From IMG/VR virus record IMGVR_UViG_3300016474_000883: a stretch of DNA of 64,000 bases; one strand, given 5' to 3'. A model generated the notes under the pieces. That model ran no database searches and was not told where the DNA came from. It saw nothing but the letters and a program-made list of their open reading frames with translations. Numbering within the stretch: the stretch's first letter is position 1; the number at the start of each line of letters is the position of its first letter. Origin of the DNA: an uncultured virus (IMG/VR IMGVR_UViG_3300016474_000883). Taxonomy: Duplodnaviria; Heunggongvirae; Uroviricota; Caudoviricetes. Made by a program: the position numbers and the translations under genes. Shown here piece by piece: positions 36,169-45,925 of this stretch.

Positions 36169-37168
36169 CTTGTAAACCTTTATTGATTAATTTTGTTAAA
36201 TAATCTATGTCATATTTTAAAAACATACCTGAATTAAATTCAGGGCCTTCATATTTCTTTAGATTATATTGTTTTTCTGTATATTGAGGAATCACACATA
36301 ATAATTGGTTACAATGTTCTGTTATGAATCCATCTAAGAATTCTGAATGGTATGTAAATGATAATTCTGTTTTAGCAATCATATCTTCATGGAATTTTTC
36401 TCCAGGACGCATTCCTACAACATTATATCTTATTTCTTTATTTAATTTTTGAGATAATGATTTGATTATAGTTTCCATATCAAATGAATCAAAATATGGA
36501 ATAAACACTTCACCTCCAATACTATTAATTAAAGAAGATAAAACAGTATTCACAGCATCCTCTAAGGTGAATAGAAATCTAGTACAATCTAAAGATGTAA
36601 CATTAATATCTTTATCTTGAGATAGCAAATCCATCCATAATGGAATAAATGATCCTCTACTAGCAATCACATTCCCATATCTCACAGAACTAAAAACAGT
36701 GTGGGGTGAATTATAATCAAAATTAGTAAATAAACGTTCAGCTGTAAATTTAGAAGCTCCATATACATTAATAGGAACACAAGCTTTATCTGTTGATACT
36801 AAAATACATTTATCAACCATAGTTTCCATACAAGCATTAGCTACATTGATAGAACCTTGAATGTTTGTTTTAACACATTCTTCTGGGTAGTATTCCATGT
36901 CATCAATGCGTTTTAGAGCAGCAGCATGAATAACATAATGCGGTTTATGTTTAAGGAATGTTTTTAGCAATTGGTTATAATCTCTTACATCACCTATCAC
37001 TTTGATTATAGATTTATCTTGTCCAAAATATAAAGCCTGTTTGCCTTCATCTCGACTATAAACTATAATTTTACAATTAAATTGTTTAAGTTTTTGGATA
37101 ATTGCTCTACCTAAGGAACCAGTTCCTCCAGTGATTAAAATTGTTTTATTGTAAAAATTACTATTCAT
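36158..37168 (-). CDS. UDP-GlcNAc 4,6-dehydratase (PseB/FlaA1/CapD-like)
   Basis: GGTGSLG, STDKA, YGASK, RYGNV..SRGS, RPGEK.HE. Confidence 0.92.
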   Translation of the reverse strand: MNSNFYNKTILITGGTGSLGRAIIQKLKQFNCKIIVYSRDEGKQALYFGQDKSIIKVIGDVRDYNQLLKTFLKHKPHYVIHAAALKRIDDMEYYPEECVKTNIQGSINVANACMETMVDKCILVSTDKACVPINVYGASKFTAERLFTNFDYNSPHTVFSSVRYGNVIASRGSFIPLWMDLLSQDKDINVTSLDCTRFLFTLEDAVNTVLSSLINSIGGEVFIPYFDSFDMETIIKSLSQKLNKEIRYNVVGMRPGEKFHEDMIAKTELSFTYHSEFLDGFITEHCNQLLCVIPQYTEKQYNLKKYEGPEFNSGMFLKYDIDYLTKLINKGLQDAN

Positions 37169-37169
37169 A

Positions 37170-38330
37170 TTAATTATATAAGTTTAAAAGATAATTCACT
37201 ATACGTTTTGAAGCATTCCCATCATTAAAATTATCATAAAAATTTAATAATGATTTATTATCATATTTAAAATTTTGAGATAAATTTATATTATTTTTAT
37301 ATGGTTTCAAAGCTTTTTTAAAGATTTCTATAAATAAATTATATCTTTCTTTAAAATCTTCTATTCGTTGTTCACCTACTTTTTCTTTAAATTGCTCAAA
37401 TGAATTTACTTGTATAATAGGAGCCCAAAAATTATACTCATGTCCTTTAAAATTTTCAAGATTTAAATCCCACATTACCCCACTATCATCTGTGTCAATA
37501 TAAAATACAGATTTATTAAAATAAAGTGGGAAATACATAATTGAAGTTAAAATCCCTATATGGATATCTCCTAACTTAGCAAATGAATATAATTCATCTT
37601 CAGTTTCAATTATTTTAAATGATGGAGATGGAATTAAATGTCCTTTATTAAAATCATATGGAAAATCTATAAATTCTTTTGGATGAGGTTTATAAAATAA
37701 ACAATGAGTATCTTTATATTTTTCTTCTATTTCTTGAGATATCTTAATAATGTTTGGTCTAATATTATTTTCCATTGAACCATACAATACAATAACGGGT
37801 TTGTTAATATTATATTTAGAAATTATATGGTCTGTTGGAGTATTTTGTAGTGTATCAAATTTAGGGACCCCAGTCACTATAGATTTATTATTAACCCATC
37901 CTGCTTTGATTTTAGTTTCAAATATCCAATCACTATGATCAAAAAATGTATCAATCATATTGGTTGGAAATCTCATTCTACTTAAAATTTCTAACCTAGT
38001 TTTAATATTATTATATAACCAAGATGAATTTTCTAAATTACATACTATAACTCCGGCTTGTTTAAACTCAATAATTAAATTAGTTTCAGGCAACCATGAC
38101 TCTTTAGTAATTAAAAGAATATCTGGGAGGAATGGGAGTTCAACTCCTATGGATTTAGATTCAAAGCTTGGGTATTTACCATAGTCTATATTAGATTCAT
38201 AAGTAAATCCCTGGTTTGTAGGGTAAATAAAAACAAAATCACATTTATGTTGAGATAATTCTTTTACAACATTTTTTACTTCAGTATATCCTCTATCATC
38301 AGAAACATATACTAGAATTTTTTTTCTCAT
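37170..38330 (-). CDS. GT-B fold protein (sialyl/glycerophospho-transferase or epimerase-like)
   Basis: TG.PKFD, KPHP, DGNASKRI. Confidence 0.6.
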   Translation of the reverse strand: MRKKILVYVSDDRGYTEVKNVVKELSQHKCDFVFIYPTNQGFTYESNIDYGKYPSFESKSIGVELPFLPDILLITKESWLPETNLIIEFKQAGVIVCNLENSSWLYNNIKTRLEILSRMRFPTNMIDTFFDHSDWIFETKIKAGWVNNKSIVTGVPKFDTLQNTPTDHIISKYNINKPVIVLYGSMENNIRPNIIKISQEIEEKYKDTHCLFYKPHPKEFIDFPYDFNKGHLIPSPSFKIIETEDELYSFAKLGDIHIGILTSIMYFPLYFNKSVFYIDTDDSGVMWDLNLENFKGHEYNFWAPIIQVNSFEQFKEKVGEQRIEDFKERYNLFIEIFKKALKPYKNNINLSQNFKYDNKSLLNFYDNFNDGNASKRIVNYLLNLYN

Positions 38331-38938
38331 TTTTGATCAATTAAATTTTGGGGTCTAAAAGCTAATTTAGGATGAGATTTACCATAAGTTGGAATATGAA
38401 TTTCCCATTCATTAAATTTAATGTTATTATCTTTTAGATATGAATATACTTTTTTAGCTAACTGATGGGTTCTTTCATCATTAATTTTCATATCATGCCA
38501 CTCACCCCAAAATTCATTTATTAATCCCATTGTACCATCTTCAATCATCTTGTTTAAAACTTCATACTCAGCTCCTTCAATATCTAACTTTAAAATAACA
38601 TAATCATCCTGAGAAAAAGTATTTTTAAGCCATAAAGAAAAATCAAAACAAGGAATTTCTATATATTGATCTTTTTTTAAATCATTAAGAGTTGTTAATA
38701 AAGATGAACCATCTGTATATAAATCAGATATAAAGAATTTTTTAGTAGTATTTTCAATCCATACCGCTGAGTTTTGAATATGGACTGAGGCATCTCCATT
38801 ATGGATTTCTTGGAGTTGATTTGCTAAGTATGGGACTGGTTCAAATGAGATAGTGATAGTATTCTCACCAAATCTGTTTTTTGCCATTAAGATGGATTCA
38901 CCACAATGTGCTCCACAATCTATAAAATATTTTGTCAT
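38327..38938 (-). CDS. FkbM-family methyltransferase
   Basis: IDCGA..G, FEP, KLDIEGAE..VL. Confidence 0.88.
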   Translation of the reverse strand: MTKYFIDCGAHCGESILMAKNRFGENTITISFEPVPYLANQLQEIHNGDASVHIQNSAVWIENTTKKFFISDLYTDGSSLLTTLNDLKKDQYIEIPCFDFSLWLKNTFSQDDYVILKLDIEGAEYEVLNKMIEDGTMGLINEFWGEWHDMKINDERTHQLAKKVYSYLKDNNIKFNEWEIHIPTYGKSHPKLAFRPQNLIDQK

Positions 38939-38939
38939 A

Positions 38940-39794
38940 TTACCAATTTTTAATAAAACCATTTTCATTGAATACAGGCATTTTACCCCACTTATTCAAC
39001 CAATTTATTACATTTTTTCTTTCTGCTTCTATCTGACGTTGAGCAGACTTACCATTGTTTTCTTCTAATCGATGACTACCTCTAGCTCCGAAATGCCATA
39101 CTACAGATTTACTTGTCACTACAAATTTATAACCTTGAATTACCATTCTAAGAAATAAATCTTTATCTTCCCAACTAGTGGGAGAAAATATTGGGTCATT
39201 TCCTCCTATATAGTCCCAATCTTTTTTTCTAATCAATCCAGACACTCCTTCACCTAACTCAATTTCAAAATCATTTAACTGTGAAAATTCTTGAGCGTAT
39301 TGAAGAAATATTTCTGGGGTAAAATCATCATAGTATGCTCCAAAATAACTATTGGGTACAATCAAAGTCCCAGCTCTAGAATCTTCATTGAATATATTAG
39401 GTTGAATTCTATGACTAAATACCCACATTGGAACATTTGGATATTTATCAAAGATTTTTAAACATTCTAGATCCCAATTTCTACTCACATAAAAATCTGA
39501 ATGGAGGAACATTATATACTCAGTTTTTGTTTTATCAGCACAAAAGTTCATTCCACCTCCAATCCCAATAGGAGTATCATTTTTTTCAATATATAATTCT
39601 AGATTATACTTATCTTTGTTTTCAACTAACCATTCATCAGTCCCATCAGTACAATTCTCAGCATGGATAATAAATGGAGCATCTTTATAGTAACTATTTT
39701 TTCTAACTGAATCTATAGCTATTTTAAGATAAGGAAGATTATTATATGTTGATATACAAAAAGTTAAAGGATTAGAGTTTGTCATAATAATCAT
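38940..39794 (-). CDS. GT2 family glycosyltransferase
   Basis: FCISTYN, DGT.EWL, HSD, GG.D..F, ED.DL. Confidence 0.88.
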   Translation of the reverse strand: MIIMTNSNPLTFCISTYNNLPYLKIAIDSVRKNSYYKDAPFIIHAENCTDGTDEWLVENKDKYNLELYIEKNDTPIGIGGGMNFCADKTKTEYIMFLHSDFYVSRNWDLECLKIFDKYPNVPMWVFSHRIQPNIFNEDSRAGTLIVPNSYFGAYYDDFTPEIFLQYAQEFSQLNDFEIELGEGVSGLIRKKDWDYIGGNDPIFSPTSWEDKDLFLRMVIQGYKFVVTSKSVVWHFGARGSHRLEENNGKSAQRQIEAERKNVINWLNKWGKMPVFNENGFIKNW

Positions 39795-40395
39795 TTTGTC
39801 TTTTTTGACGTTCTATTGTTTTAGGATGATACAAAGCTAAATCTTCATATGCTGGTAGTTGAGCTATTGTTTTATGGCCTTCTATTACTTCATGTACTTT
39901 GTTTTTCCATTTGATGTTAGGGCTATTTTTGTATATTCTCCATTGATAGTCAGGCCAATTAACCCATCCATTTTCATTAACATGCCATCTCCATTTAGCA
40001 ATATGTTCTGAGGTTAAACCTTCTACAGTATTGATTCTTGGAACAACATATGCTTCTACATTTGGGTTAGTCTCTAAAATTTCAGGTAATGATTCAATTA
40101 AACATTCATGAGGATATTCATCAGCATCAATTTGAAAAACATAATCTCCAGAGCATATTTTAGTTAATTCATTTTTCCAGTTAGCAAAATGTCCTTTAAA
40201 TTCACTTTCTTTTAAAATAATCCATCTAGTAGTTTCATATTTATAAAGTTCAAAAAGCAATTCTTTAGATGCTTTTGGTTTGTCTAATAAAACACAAATT
40301 TCATCTTCAGGACGTTTGTTTTGATGGAGGAAATTAATTAAACGTTTTATTTCTTCCAATTCATTACAAACTGTAATAGCATAACTGATTTTCAT
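39772..40395 (-). CDS. GT2 family glycosyltransferase
   Basis: SYAITVCNE, IDADE, WPDYQ.R, VHE. Confidence 0.85.
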   Translation of the reverse strand: MKISYAITVCNELEEIKRLINFLHQNKRPEDEICVLLDKPKASKELLFELYKYETTRWIILKESEFKGHFANWKNELTKICSGDYVFQIDADEYPHECLIESLPEILETNPNVEAYVVPRINTVEGLTSEHIAKWRWHVNENGWVNWPDYQWRIYKNSPNIKWKNKVHEVIEGHKTIAQLPAYEDLALYHPKTIERQKRQNDYYDKL

Positions 40396-40414
40396 ATAAT
40401 CCTAATATAATAAA

Positions 40415-40873
40415 TTATCCTAATAGGCCAACATATTCTAAAGCATCTATAAATTCTCTTTCTTCAAAATGTTGAAGTGTTTCCATATTCATTTTGTATT
40501 CATAGAATTTACCTGGTTGTTTGGGAATTGGGTATTTTTCTTTTTCTTCTTCTTTAACTTTGGTTGCTTTAACAGCAGCCCATTTCCAGTTATCAGCTGT
40601 AGCTCCATTAGCGAATATCATCCCTTGTGTTGGATGGTTGATTGTTTGCGGTAACCATGTTAAACCAGTATTTGGATCCTCCCAAGCTAATGCTTTATAT
40701 AACTCAGGTAACACTTCCATTTGTTCTTTATAGAAATCATTATCTTTAGTCATCAAACTATTAGTCCAATAACCACAAGACAAAGACATCCAATTTGTAA
40801 TTTCAGGTGTAACTTGTGTTTCATAACATAAGTCACCTCCTGATTTAGGGCAAGTAATAACTTTATCTTTCAT
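40415..40873 (-). CDS. conserved hypothetical protein (Zn-ribbon-like N-terminus)
   Basis: CPKSGGDLCY...SCGY. Confidence 0.6.
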   Translation of the reverse strand: MKDKVITCPKSGGDLCYETQVTPEITNWMSLSCGYWTNSLMTKDNDFYKEQMEVLPELYKALAWEDPNTGLTWLPQTINHPTQGMIFANGATADNWKWAAVKATKVKEEEKEKYPIPKQPGKFYEYKMNMETLQHFEEREFIDALEYVGLLG

Positions 40874-40877
40874 TTTA

Positions 40878-42194
40878 TTATGCTTCATTAGTTGTAGGTT
40901 CTTCTATTTTTTTAAGTTTTGGCAATTCAATTTTCTTTAATTGAGGTAATTTTAACTCAATTGTTTTTGGAGACTCAGGGATATACTGAGTGAATAATTG
41001 GTTTACTTTATCTTTCATTTTATCCCAACTAAATTCATTTTTACTCTTATATGCTTGACGTTTTGCACCATCAATATATGTTTTATAATTTTCAAACATG
41101 TTTTTTAAATGATGACCAATATGTCCTGTATCAACTGAAAACCATTGTGATTCTTTTAATATCCAATTATTAGCGGCACTTGAATGAACATTTGTCATAG
41201 TACCTGGGAGCATAGTAGTGAATTTTTCATCTAGAAAATCTTTATGGCCACTCCAATTGGTTGTGATGATTGGTTTCTTAGTTAAACTAAATTCAAGTAA
41301 TGGGCGACCAAATCCTTCACCTTTAGTAAGATTAATCATTGCTTTTACTTTAGAATGGTTATATAACTCATTCATTTCTGAGTCACTAAATTCACCATGC
41401 AGTAAATAGATATTTGGTAAATCAGTTGAATTAACTGTTTTTTTAATTAGGTTAATTTTCTTTAAAATTTCATCTCTATCAAGATATGAAGAACCTACTT
41501 GAGATGTTTTTAAAACAAGTGCTGGTTTTTGTTTTTTGTTTTTGAATGTTTCATAAAACGCTTTAACTAATAAACCAACATTTTTTCTATCTTCACCTAA
41601 GTCACCATTAATCCAGTGACCTACAAACAAATAACAGAATTTTTCTTTAATATCATTTAATTCAGGAAATGATTCTACTGTATCAAGTGGTTTATAGATA
41701 TCAGTATTAGCACCTTCAAATAATACTTCAATTGGTCTTTCAACTTTTACTTCTCCTATTTGCTGATTAGTACGTTGATCTACTTTTTGAAGCACAGTTT
41801 TAACAAATGTTTCTTTTGAATGTTCAGAAGATGTTAATGTTAAATTCATTCTATTAATTCCTTCCATCCAATCACCAGGAGCTAAGGTTGTTTCAATACC
41901 TGCTGTTACTCCAATATTGAATTTACCAATAGATTGAAATTCACTTGGAATTGTAATTTGCATCCATATCTCAGGTTGTTTTGGTAGTTGAGGTTGATTC
42001 CATAAGTGTGGTATTAAAAATGACCACTCAGGATTATCTTCAATAAAACCCCAAGGTGTATTACCCCACATTTGAGGAATAATTTTAACATCATATTTGT
42101 CTGTCTCAATGATTGCTTTAACTAAATCTCGAGAACGTGCTCCGTATCCACTATATGTGTCGATAGGACAGCTAATAAAAAATAATGGTTTCAT
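40878..42194 (-). CDS. GT4-like glycosyltransferase
   Basis: SGYG, RKN, GEGFGRPLLE (E-x7-E), PII.T.WSG..DF. Confidence 0.85.
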   Translation of the reverse strand: MKPLFFISCPIDTYSGYGARSRDLVKAIIETDKYDVKIIPQMWGNTPWGFIEDNPEWSFLIPHLWNQPQLPKQPEIWMQITIPSEFQSIGKFNIGVTAGIETTLAPGDWMEGINRMNLTLTSSEHSKETFVKTVLQKVDQRTNQQIGEVKVERPIEVLFEGANTDIYKPLDTVESFPELNDIKEKFCYLFVGHWINGDLGEDRKNVGLLVKAFYETFKNKKQKPALVLKTSQVGSSYLDRDEILKKINLIKKTVNSTDLPNIYLLHGEFSDSEMNELYNHSKVKAMINLTKGEGFGRPLLEFSLTKKPIITTNWSGHKDFLDEKFTTMLPGTMTNVHSSAANNWILKESQWFSVDTGHIGHHLKNMFENYKTYIDGAKRQAYKSKNEFSWDKMKDKVNQLFTQYIPESPKTIELKLPQLKKIELPKLKKIEEPTTNEA

Positions 42195-42208
42195 ATAACT
42201 TTTTGGTA

Positions 42209-43645
42209 TTAATAAACTAATTCGTGAGGTACTGTCTTAGGTTTAACTTCGTTAGCGTTTACTAACTCATATTTTTCTCTTGGTTTCCAAGTTTTAAACA
42301 GTTTGTCTAATATGGTGATTACTTTTTTACCCATTTTTTCACCTGTGAATCCTGCTTCATCTGATAAAGCCCATTCACGTCCTTTCAAACCGCGGGCTTT
42401 TCTTTCTTCTTTAGATAAATCATAAACTGCTTTAATTTGAGCCGCAGCGTCTTCAGCGTTACATCTATCATCCCAAATGTAAGGAGTCAATGGTGAACCT
42501 TGAATTGATCGATTAGTTGGATAAACTGGAAATGCCCATTCACCATGTTCTTTAATTGTACCATTATGATTTGAAGGAAACTTAGCATCAAAATCAATCC
42601 ATTTACCTTTTTTGCTAAAACGCATTTGATCTTGCATTCCACCTGTTACATTAGCAATTAATGGATTTCCTACTAATAACGCTTCAGTTAAACTTAATCC
42701 CCAACCTTCATTATTAGTTAATAGAATCTGGCAGTCAGTGCTATTATAGAGCAAATTCATTTGGTCTGGTGGAAGCATATGTGGTGAAAAAATGATATTG
42801 TATTTTTTATTATCACCAAATAATAATTCTCTTACTGCTTCTAAGTCAGTACCATTATCATCTACCACTTGAGTGTGTAATACAAACGCACAACGTTTTG
42901 CTTTTTCTTCAGTTAATCCATCAATAAACAACTTATATGCTAGCATAGCATCTGGGATTTGTTTTCTACGGATATTTCGAGAGTTAAAGAATAAAGCAAA
43001 ATCAATTTCTTTACCACCAAATAATTTCTTTTTAAATTCTTTTAATTCAGGTGTATTAACATCAAGTGGTTTAAAGATATTTTCATTTAATCCATGAGGT
43101 ACATACTCAATAATTTTATTTTTAGCTTTATCACCTAACACTAAAGTGTTAATGTTTTTAGTTTGTTTAGAAATAGCTAATAGAGCATCACATGACTCAT
43201 AATATGACCTATTATACATTGGAGCTGGATAATCATCCCAAATGTTAAGATAGATAATAGGCATTTTCTTTCTAATCTCATTTTCAATTTGGAACAACCA
43301 AATAAAATATCTTGGGTCAGTAATTAAGAAAATAGCATCTGGTTTTTCCATTTGGATTAATTGTCTAATTAATCTAGCATCCCCATATCCGTTAGTTGGG
43401 TATAAAATAACTGAGCTATCGGTTAAACCAGTGTTATTATTAGTATCAGGTGATAGATCCATCCGTTTACCTTGTTCTGGGTGGTTAATAGCACCTCCTA
43501 CATTCACCCAATTAAAATGTTGGGCTGTGTTTAATACTAATTCGCGAGCAACAGTAGCTACACCTGAGTGTACTCTAATGTCATCACAAATCAAAAGTAT
43601 TTTTTTCCTCTTATTTTGAGGCAAATACGCAAAACTTTGATTCAT
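42209..43645 (-). CDS. GT4-like glycosyltransferase
   Basis: SGVA, VPHG, RNIRRK, NEGWGLSLTEA. Confidence 0.85.
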   Translation of the reverse strand: MNQSFAYLPQNKRKKILLICDDIRVHSGVATVARELVLNTAQHFNWVNVGGAINHPEQGKRMDLSPDTNNNTGLTDSSVILYPTNGYGDARLIRQLIQMEKPDAIFLITDPRYFIWLFQIENEIRKKMPIIYLNIWDDYPAPMYNRSYYESCDALLAISKQTKNINTLVLGDKAKNKIIEYVPHGLNENIFKPLDVNTPELKEFKKKLFGGKEIDFALFFNSRNIRRKQIPDAMLAYKLFIDGLTEEKAKRCAFVLHTQVVDDNGTDLEAVRELLFGDNKKYNIIFSPHMLPPDQMNLLYNSTDCQILLTNNEGWGLSLTEALLVGNPLIANVTGGMQDQMRFSKKGKWIDFDAKFPSNHNGTIKEHGEWAFPVYPTNRSIQGSPLTPYIWDDRCNAEDAAAQIKAVYDLSKEERKARGLKGREWALSDEAGFTGEKMGKKVITILDKLFKTWKPREKYELVNANEVKPKTVPHELVY

Positions 43646-43652
43646 AAAACTT

Positions 43653-43838
43653 TTATCGATTTAAATTATTGTGATTGTGAATTGATTTTCTAAATTCATC
43701 AGACGTAAGATATAAATGGACTGCTCTATCTACAAGCTTTTGTAAAGAAAATTTTCGCTTAACACATTCTAATTTGAAATCTTCAAACAAGTCGCTTTGA
43801 ACTTTAACGCTTGTTAATGTCATATCCTTTTTATCCAT
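43653..43838 (-). CDS. ribbon-helix-helix-like DNA-binding protein
   Basis: TSVKV...LF..FK......FSLQKLVDRA..LY; start at MDKKDM. Confidence 0.6.
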   Translation of the reverse strand: MDKKDMTLTSVKVQSDLFEDFKLECVKRKFSLQKLVDRAVHLYLTSDEFRKSIHNHNNLNR

Positions 43839-43872
43839 AACGTTTATTTGTATATAAATATATACAAAAGTA

Positions 43873-44805
43873 TTATTTGTTACAAAGATCTTTTCTTTCA
43901 TTAAAAGGACACCATTGACAATTTTTGCTTGGTGTTGCAAGATGCGGTGTGTCTTTGTATGTTCCGTCTATATTAAAGCATTCATTTATAAAATTATTTA
44001 TAGCAGTTAATGCTTTTTTCATTTTAATTTTACCACTTGGAGGAGCAAATTCTTGAACTCGACTTTGAGGATATTCACTCTCCTCCCATATTTTCCTCTT
44101 TAGTATAATAAACTCAACTTCAATATTATCTTCAGGAATATTATATTGTTCACTAAAGTATTTTTTATAAAATAGTAATTGGAATTGTTTACGCTCGTCT
44201 TTTTTAGCATCCTCATTCCAACCACGAGTTGATGTTTTAAAGTCGTATATTTTAAATGTATTTGTAGATTCATGATACATTACCATATCAATATAACCCT
44301 TGTATAAAACGTTTTTAAACGTGTTATTAGGTGTTATAACAATAGGTAATTCACAAGCAACTAAATGCCATCCACGTTTACTAAAATAATTACCTCGTTT
44401 TTTCTTAAAGTAATTTAAAATAGCTATACCATCATCAAAAAATTCTCTCATTTCAACTGCACTACTGAAGTGAGTATCTTTATTTGCTTTGTATTCTTCT
44501 AGGTATGTTTTTCTAAATTCGTCTTCAAAAAATGTCTCTATATCAAATCTATCAGCTGCCGCTGCACTTTCATTATATGCTAAAGTGAGATAATGCTGAA
44601 TGGCACTATGCATAGCGGTTCCGAAAACAGTATGGATAGTAGATGAATGTTGTTGTAATCCATCTTTGTATTGTAGTTCCCATTTATGAGGACATTCATG
44701 ATAGATAGAAAACTGGCTGTAAGAAATTGTTTTGTGGAAAGCATAATTAATTTCTTGTATTGGCTGTTTTTGGATAGCCTTTACTATGGATGGTAATTTA
44801 CTCAA
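43873..44805 (-). CDS. PD-(D/E)XK nuclease (RecB/Cas4-like)
   Basis: SYSQ..CP, FGT..H, G.ID, DFKTS, QL..Y, C.WCPF...C. Confidence 0.88.
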   Translation of the reverse strand: MSKLPSIVKAIQKQPIQEINYAFHKTISYSQFSIYHECPHKWELQYKDGLQQHSSTIHTVFGTAMHSAIQHYLTLAYNESAAAADRFDIETFFEDEFRKTYLEEYKANKDTHFSSAVEMREFFDDGIAILNYFKKKRGNYFSKRGWHLVACELPIVITPNNTFKNVLYKGYIDMVMYHESTNTFKIYDFKTSTRGWNEDAKKDERKQFQLLFYKKYFSEQYNIPEDNIEVEFIILKRKIWEESEYPQSRVQEFAPPSGKIKMKKALTAINNFINECFNIDGTYKDTPHLATPSKNCQWCPFNERKDLCNK

Positions 44806-45059
44806 AACGGATTGTATAAATCTCTAATTGCTTTGCCTAAATCTTGATTATTAGGATGTTGCTTAATTAGATTTTGGATTTCAGGAATAATAGACATTTC
44901 TTTTTTAATATACTGGGCTGCATCTAGTAGCTCTTCATATAGATGATTCATATAATCATCTTTATTGTTTTGATCTAAAGTAGTATTATATTTTTTAATA
45001 CCACGCTCACTTCTTGATCTTAAATCTTCTATAACTGCTTCTGTGATTTTGTCTATCAT
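44802..45059 (-). CDS. small all-alpha protein, possible NTP pyrophosphohydrolase
   Basis: GIKKY.TTL ... H..EELLDA..Y. Confidence 0.45.
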   Translation of the reverse strand: MIDKITEAVIEDLRSRSERGIKKYNTTLDQNNKDDYMNHLYEELLDAAQYIKKEMSIIPEIQNLIKQHPNNQDLGKAIRDLYNPF

Positions 45060-45466
45060 TTTAATAACTTTTTAATTTCTTTATCTTCAACACCTCGTTT
45101 TTTAAGAATACCTTTAATAGTATCATTATGAAGCATATGATAGTATTCATCTGCCTCACGCAAAGAGCATTCATAATGAGAAGCTAAATGTTGTAATAAC
45201 TCCTCTCTAGTTTTGGCTCTTGTTGATTTAATATATTTTAAAAACATGTTTTTCTTGGGAATCATATATAAATATAGTTTATATATTTTTTCCTTTTCAG
45301 TATAAGGAATATTTTGAATTAAATTTACAAACTCAATATACTCAGGATTCATACTGAGGAAGCGATGTATCATATAAGGATTAAATGATGCTCTATCTTC
45401 CTCAGTAAATGAGTCCCAAGATTGTTTTTCGTAAGTGATTTGCTTAAGCCAATCAAAGATTTGCAT
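45056..45466 (-). CDS. clamp loader small subunit (gp62-like)
   Basis: F.PYMI.RFLS, IPK...F.KY; near the RFC gene. Confidence 0.7.
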   Translation of the reverse strand: MQIFDWLKQITYEKQSWDSFTEEDRASFNPYMIHRFLSMNPEYIEFVNLIQNIPYTEKEKIYKLYLYMIPKKNMFLKYIKSTRAKTREELLQHLASHYECSLREADEYYHMLHNDTIKGILKKRGVEDKEIKKLLK

Positions 45467-45695
45467 ACTCGTCTCGGAGTTCTTTGGGCAACAACTCTAC
45501 TAAAATCTTACCTGTTTTAACATCATACATTACAGGAATAGGGATAATAGCATCTTCAGCTGTACCAGCTACAAATTTAGATACTTTACGAATGATTACT
45601 CCTTCAGCAAACACATGATTACCATCAGGTGAGATAAGTGGAGTAGATGATTTAATGTCAACATTAATGTTGAGTGGTTTTTCTGTTTTATTCAT
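45453..45695 (-). CDS. hypothetical protein (degenerate Zn-ribbon-like)
   Basis: RKVSKF..GT..D..IPI.V motif. Confidence 0.6.
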   Translation of the reverse strand: MNKTEKPLNINVDIKSSTPLISPDGNHVFAEGVIIRKVSKFVAGTAEDAIIPIPVMYDVKTGKILVELLPKELRDEYANL

Positions 45696-45711
45696 TTTAT
45701 TGTATTGTTTG

Positions 45712-45921
45712 TTATAATTTTTCTATTTCTTGTTTTACTTCAAACCAAAACTTTAACTGGTCATTTGGTACTTCATATTCATGCCAATCAATGGCATCTA
45801 TGATTTCGTCAACTGCTATAATTGCACATCGAATACATTGATACTTCCAATTATCTTGGTCAGTATAAATTATCATATCCATTTTATTGAATAATTCTTC
45901 TGCTTTTTCTTTTGATGTCAT
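45712..45921 (-). CDS. small phage protein, EIEKL family, copy 3
   Basis: C-terminal 36 aa nearly identical to 7236-7439. Confidence 0.7.
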   Translation of the reverse strand: MTSKEKAEELFNKMDMIIYTDQDNWKYQCIRCAIIAVDEIIDAIDWHEYEVPNDQLKFWFEVKQEIEKL

Positions 45922-45925
45922 TGTA

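Noticed and set aside
43873..44805. Cas4 as evidence of a CRISPR system
   Set aside because: Stand-alone PD-(D/E)XK nuclease in a replication context; no array or other cas genes.
7236..45921. Duplicated ~108-bp segment as a DGR template/variable repeat
   Set aside because: Differences are mostly synonymous and not adenine-specific, and there is no reverse transcriptase in the window.
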